Shown piece after piece: positions 28,726 to 32,000 of a stretch of DNA of 32,000 nucleotides. The DNA is from Pasteurella multocida (lineage in GTDB: Bacteria > Pseudomonadota > Gammaproteobacteria > Enterobacterales > Pasteurellaceae): assembly GCF_900187275.1 (NCBI RefSeq), contig NZ_LT906458.1, positions 2,130,001-2,162,000 of the forward strand. Reading direction: 5' to 3'. Within the stretch, counting starts at the first letter, position 1. Each line of letters starts with the position of its first letter. A program made the position numbers and the translations under genes. Below the pieces are notes generated by a model. The model did not search any database, had not been told where the DNA came from, and was given only the letters and a program-made list of their open reading frames with translations.

Positions 28726-29355
28726 TTAATGTGTAGTCAACCAAGTCTCTATCGCACTTTCCACATCTTCTGCCACTTTGCTCATCGTCTGGGAGGCATC
28801 AATGGTCACGGCTTTCGGGTTATGGCGCACCAACTCTTGGTAGCGTTGGCGAGTGCGGTGGAAAAAATCCAAATTTTGTTGTTCGATACGATCTAAAGCC
28901 CCACGCCCTTTTGCGCGGCTTAAGCCGAGGACGGGATCGATATCTAAATAAAGGGTTAAGTCGGGTTCAAACTCACCTAAAATAGTTTGCTTGAGGGTAT
29001 GGAGCAAATGTTGATCGAGTTGGCGTCCTCCGCCTTGATAGGCTTGTGATGACATATCATGACGATCACCAATTACCCACTTTCCTTGTGCTAAAGCAGG
29101 TTTGATCACATTCTCGACCAATTGAATACGTGCGGCATACAACATGAGGAGCTCTGCTTTGTCGGTCACGGGTTCTTCTGTTTCATGTTTAATCAGCTGG
29201 CGTAATTTCTCTGCTAAGGGGGTTCCACCAGGTTCTCGCGTAAATACAATGTCATGGATACCATGAGCATGCAATGCACGCACTATGCTATCACGTGCCG
29301 TTGTTTTACCTGCACCCTCAATGCCTTCAAGTACAATAAATTTTCCTGTTGTCAT
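28726..29355 (-). CDS. tmk: Thymidylate kinase
   Basis: Begins [19 protein letters not shown] (P-loop). I moved the start to ATG 29355, one nt after the mltG stop; the track's 59-aa extension overlaps mltG. Confidence 0.92.
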   Translation of the reverse strand: MTTGKFIVLEGIEGAGKTTARDSIVRALHAHGIHDIVFTREPGGTPLAEKLRQLIKHETEEPVTDKAELLMLYAARIQLVENVIKPALAQGKWVIGDRHDMSSQAYQGGGRQLDQHLLHTLKQTILGEFEPDLTLYLDIDPVLGLSRAKGRGALDRIEQQNLDFFHRTRQRYQELVRHNPKAVTIDASQTMSKVAEDVESAIETWLTTH

Positions 29356-29356
29356 A

Positions 29357-30403
29357 TTAATTTCCATTTTTTTGACTACGATACCAGCGTAAATACTGTT
29401 GTACGGCACGATTGTGTTCAGCCAGCGTTTTGCTGAATTTATGTCCGCCAGAACCATCGGCAACAAAGTATAAATAATCAGTTTTTTCTGGTTTTGCCAC
29501 CGCGAATAAAGCACTTTCACTCGGCATCGCAATGGGGGTTGGCGGTAAGCCGCTAATGATGTAAGTATTATACGCAGTTGGGGTTTCTAAATCTTTTTTA
29601 CGGATATTGCCATCATATTTTTCGCCCATACCATAAATCACAGTGGGATCTGTTTGTAAGCGCATATTTTGTCTTAAACGATTGATAAACACGGAGGCAA
29701 CTTTCCCGCGTTCCGCTTCAATCGCAGTTTCTTTTTCCACAATAGAGGCAAGAATGAGCATCTCATAGGCATTCGCAAGGGGTAAATCAGCATCTCGTTT
29801 TTCCCATGCCTGTGCCAGAACCTTTTTCATCCGCTCTGACGCACGTTTAAGTAATGCAAGATCCGTAGAATTGGGCGTGTAGTGGTAAGTGTCTGGATAA
29901 AGCCAGCCTTCCACTTTTTTCCACTCTTGAATTTGTTTTACGTCGTGAGGTAACTCTAATAACGCAAAAATGTCGGCTTCCGTTTTGCCTTTTAAGCTTT
30001 GTACTAAGTGCGGTGCTTTTTCCAAATTTTTTCGCCAATTCGCAAAGTTATCACCTTCAATAAATTGAATGCTGAATTGGGCTTCTTTACCTTGATTGAG
30101 TACATGAATCAAATCTGCGACGGTATTGACCCCTTGCATTGAATACGTTCCCGCTTTGATTTTATTGAGTTGGGGATTTAATTTAAGCAAGTAAGGGAGC
30201 AAATTGGCGTTATCGAGGATCTTCTCTTGTTCTAAAAGCGTAGCAAGTTTATTGCCTGTGGTGCCGCGTTCGACGGTTAAAAGCTGATCCGCTTTGACGT
30301 TGACCGGCGTGTCCATAAATTGCTGAATATGTTGGTAAGCAACAAACAAAATCCCTAACCCCACGAGAATGAGCAGGAAAAACGAAGTAAGCCATTTTTT
30401 CAT
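29357..30403 (-). CDS. mltG: Endolytic murein transglycosylase MltG (YceG)
   Basis: Has an N-terminal TM and the YceG domain with LASIVEKET and TVIYG motifs. Confidence 0.9.
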   Translation of the reverse strand: MKKWLTSFFLLILVGLGILFVAYQHIQQFMDTPVNVKADQLLTVERGTTGNKLATLLEQEKILDNANLLPYLLKLNPQLNKIKAGTYSMQGVNTVADLIHVLNQGKEAQFSIQFIEGDNFANWRKNLEKAPHLVQSLKGKTEADIFALLELPHDVKQIQEWKKVEGWLYPDTYHYTPNSTDLALLKRASERMKKVLAQAWEKRDADLPLANAYEMLILASIVEKETAIEAERGKVASVFINRLRQNMRLQTDPTVIYGMGEKYDGNIRKKDLETPTAYNTYIISGLPPTPIAMPSESALFAVAKPEKTDYLYFVADGSGGHKFSKTLAEHNRAVQQYLRWYRSQKNGN

Positions 30404-30480
30404 CGATACGAATTATCCGTCCACAGTAAAGTCACAGTTTGGCGATTATAGCATAAAGCTGGGCAGAAATTGATAAGCCC

Positions 30481-30511
30481 TAAAAGACAAAATGCGATCT
30501 GAATGATCGCA
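30481..30511 (-). terminator. Rho-independent terminator after serA (degenerate USS-like hairpin)
   Basis: On the minus strand: tgcgatc-attca-gatcgca followed by ttttgtctttta. Confidence 0.65.
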
Positions 30512-30535
30512 CTTTGCATGAGATGAAGTCTATCA

Positions 30536-31768
30536 CTAGTACAAGACGCGTGCGCGAATCGTGCCTTCAATCTCTTTTAATTGCGTTAATAAGCTGTGTG
30601 TGTCTTCTGTCTCAACATCGATTACGACATAACCGATCGCTGGGTCTGTTTGTAAATATTGTGCGGCGATATTCACGTTAGCATCCACAAACACTTGGTT
30701 AATCTTATTGAGTACCCCTTGTTTATTGTGGTGAATATGTAATAAGCGTTTAGTACCAACATGTTCAGGGAGTGACACTTCAGGGAAGTTGACCGCAGAA
30801 AGGGTAGAACCATTATCTGAATATTTGACAAATTTACCGGATACTTCTGCACCAATGTTTTCTTGTGCTTCTGACGTGGAGCCACCGATGTGCGGCGTAA
30901 GAATCACATTATCAAAAGCACGCAACGGTGAAACAAATTCCTCTTGAATGGAGGCGGGTTCTTCTGGGAAGACATCTAAGGCTGCGCCACGGATTTTGCC
31001 AGCCTCTAAGGCTTGTGCTAAGGCATCAATATCTACTACTGTTCCTCTTGCCGCATTAATTAAGATGGCGCCTTCTTTTAATTGTGCGATGCGTTCTGCA
31101 CTGATGAGGTTTTTGGTTGAGGCATTTTCAGGCACATGTAATGACACTACATCACAGCTAGACAGAAGTTCTTCTAATGTACGTAATTGCTGCGCATTGC
31201 CTAATGGCAATTTATTCTCGATATCATAGAAGAATACGCGCATCCCGAGTGACTCCGCAATAATACTTAACTGTGAACCGATATGCCCGTAACCAATGAT
31301 ACCCAGTTTTTTACCACGTACTTCATGTGATCCATTGGCTGATTTATTCCAAATCCCACGGTGTACTTCGGCATTGGCTTGGGGAACGTTACGCATTAAC
31401 AGGAGAATTTCCCCTAACACTAACTCTGCTACAGAACGGGTATTTGAAAACGGCGCATTAAACACTGGAATACCACGTAATTTTGCTGCTTGTAAATTGA
31501 CTTGGTTAGTACCGATACAGAAACAACCAATCGCAATTAATTTTTGTGCATGGGCAAGTACTTCTTCCGTTAAGAACGTGCGTGAGCGGATACCCACAAA
31601 GTGCGCATCTTTAATGGCTTCTTTTAATTCATCATCATCTAAGGCTTTTTTATGGTATTCAATGTTGGTATAGCCAGCATTTTGTAGCACTTCCAATGCC
31701 GTTTGATGGACACCTTCTAATAAGAGAAATTTAATTTTAGATTTATCTAAAGACACTTTGGTCGTCAT
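30536..31768 (-). CDS. serA: D-3-phosphoglycerate dehydrogenase (with C-terminal ACT domain)
   Basis: 410 aa with the GIIGYGHIGSQ NAD motif, LHVP and the ARG...D...HIGGST catalytic pattern. Confidence 0.93.
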   Translation of the reverse strand: MTTKVSLDKSKIKFLLLEGVHQTALEVLQNAGYTNIEYHKKALDDDELKEAIKDAHFVGIRSRTFLTEEVLAHAQKLIAIGCFCIGTNQVNLQAAKLRGIPVFNAPFSNTRSVAELVLGEILLLMRNVPQANAEVHRGIWNKSANGSHEVRGKKLGIIGYGHIGSQLSIIAESLGMRVFFYDIENKLPLGNAQQLRTLEELLSSCDVVSLHVPENASTKNLISAERIAQLKEGAILINAARGTVVDIDALAQALEAGKIRGAALDVFPEEPASIQEEFVSPLRAFDNVILTPHIGGSTSEAQENIGAEVSGKFVKYSDNGSTLSAVNFPEVSLPEHVGTKRLLHIHHNKQGVLNKINQVFVDANVNIAAQYLQTDPAIGYVVIDVETEDTHSLLTQLKEIEGTIRARVLY

Positions 31769-31785
31769 GTTTGCTTTCCTTTTTG

Positions 31786-32000
31786 TTATTCAATGACTTT
31801 GGCACCTTCAGGCGTGCCGACAATAATAATATCTGCTGCGCGTAGAGCAAAAATGCCATTGGTGACCACGCCCGGCACATTATTTAATTCTTTTTCCATT
31901 TCAACAGGATTCATAATAGCAAAATGATAGACATCTAAAATCACGTTACCATTATCTGTAACAACACCTTCGCGGTATTCTGGTGAGCCACCTAAGGCGA
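31786..32000 (-). CDS. rpiA: Ribose-5-phosphate isomerase A, C-terminal fragment (gene starts beyond the window)
   Basis: The minus-strand translation ends ...[58 protein letters not shown], stop TAA at 31786-31788. It is absent from the track because it has no start in the window. Confidence 0.85.
   Translation of the reverse strand, partial: ALGGSPEYREGVVTDNGNVILDVYHFAIMNPVEMEKELNNVPGVVTNGIFALRAADIIIVGTPEGAKVIE

Noticed and set aside
29356-29532. Long N-terminal extensions in the track: tmk overlapping mltG by 176 nt; sulfatase 20465-20518 overlapping tctA; tctC 23460-23561; anSME 24681-24713; zipA 6426-6476; plsY 4739-4792; xerC 1322-1354; nhaA 16743-16754; ytfL-like 26293-26337
   Set aside because: Internal ATGs with good SD sequences give N-termini that match the known families (P-loop at residue 10 of Tmk, a signal peptide for TctC, CxxxCxxC spacing for the anSME). 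The extensions use GTG/TTG or lack an SD, so the apparent gene overlaps are artefacts of longest-ORF calling.

Overview
The window is a Pasteurellaceae-type chromosomal segment (Haemophilus/Aggregatibacter-like). By eye I found ten exact copies of the Hin-type uptake signal core AAGTGCGGT, including an inverted pair that forms the cysK/hemB terminator. Gene content and order are typical of the family. Most of the window is core housekeeping: dapF (3' end), yigA, xerC, yigB, folB, plsY, zipA, cysZ, cysK, hemB, tatABC, ubiB, ubiJ, ubiE, a pirin, nhaA, a CNNM/YtfL-type protein, ycfH, holB, tmk, mltG, serA and rpiA (3' end). Three things stand out. (1) About 8 kb between nhaA and the ytfL-like gene is accessory-looking. 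It holds a membrane LTA-synthase-family gene, then a five-gene minus-strand operon: radical-SAM/SPASM sulfatase maturase, TctC, TctB, TctA, and a leaderless Cys-type sulfatase. A TATGAT-N4-ATCATA dyad sits exactly at -41.5 relative to a TATGAT -10. I read this operon as an uncharacterised system for uptake and cytoplasmic desulfation of a sulfated carboxylate. (2) A ~460 bp nested-dyad, non-coding repeat element fills the normally tight dapF-yigA junction. (3) A 334 bp gap interrupts the normally contiguous ubiE-ubiJ-ubiB unit and contains a 51-codon ORF below the track threshold. I found no tRNA, rRNA, CRISPR array, IS element or prophage gene. Coordinates I derived by hand (start-codon corrections, hairpins, motifs) could be off by 1-2 nt.
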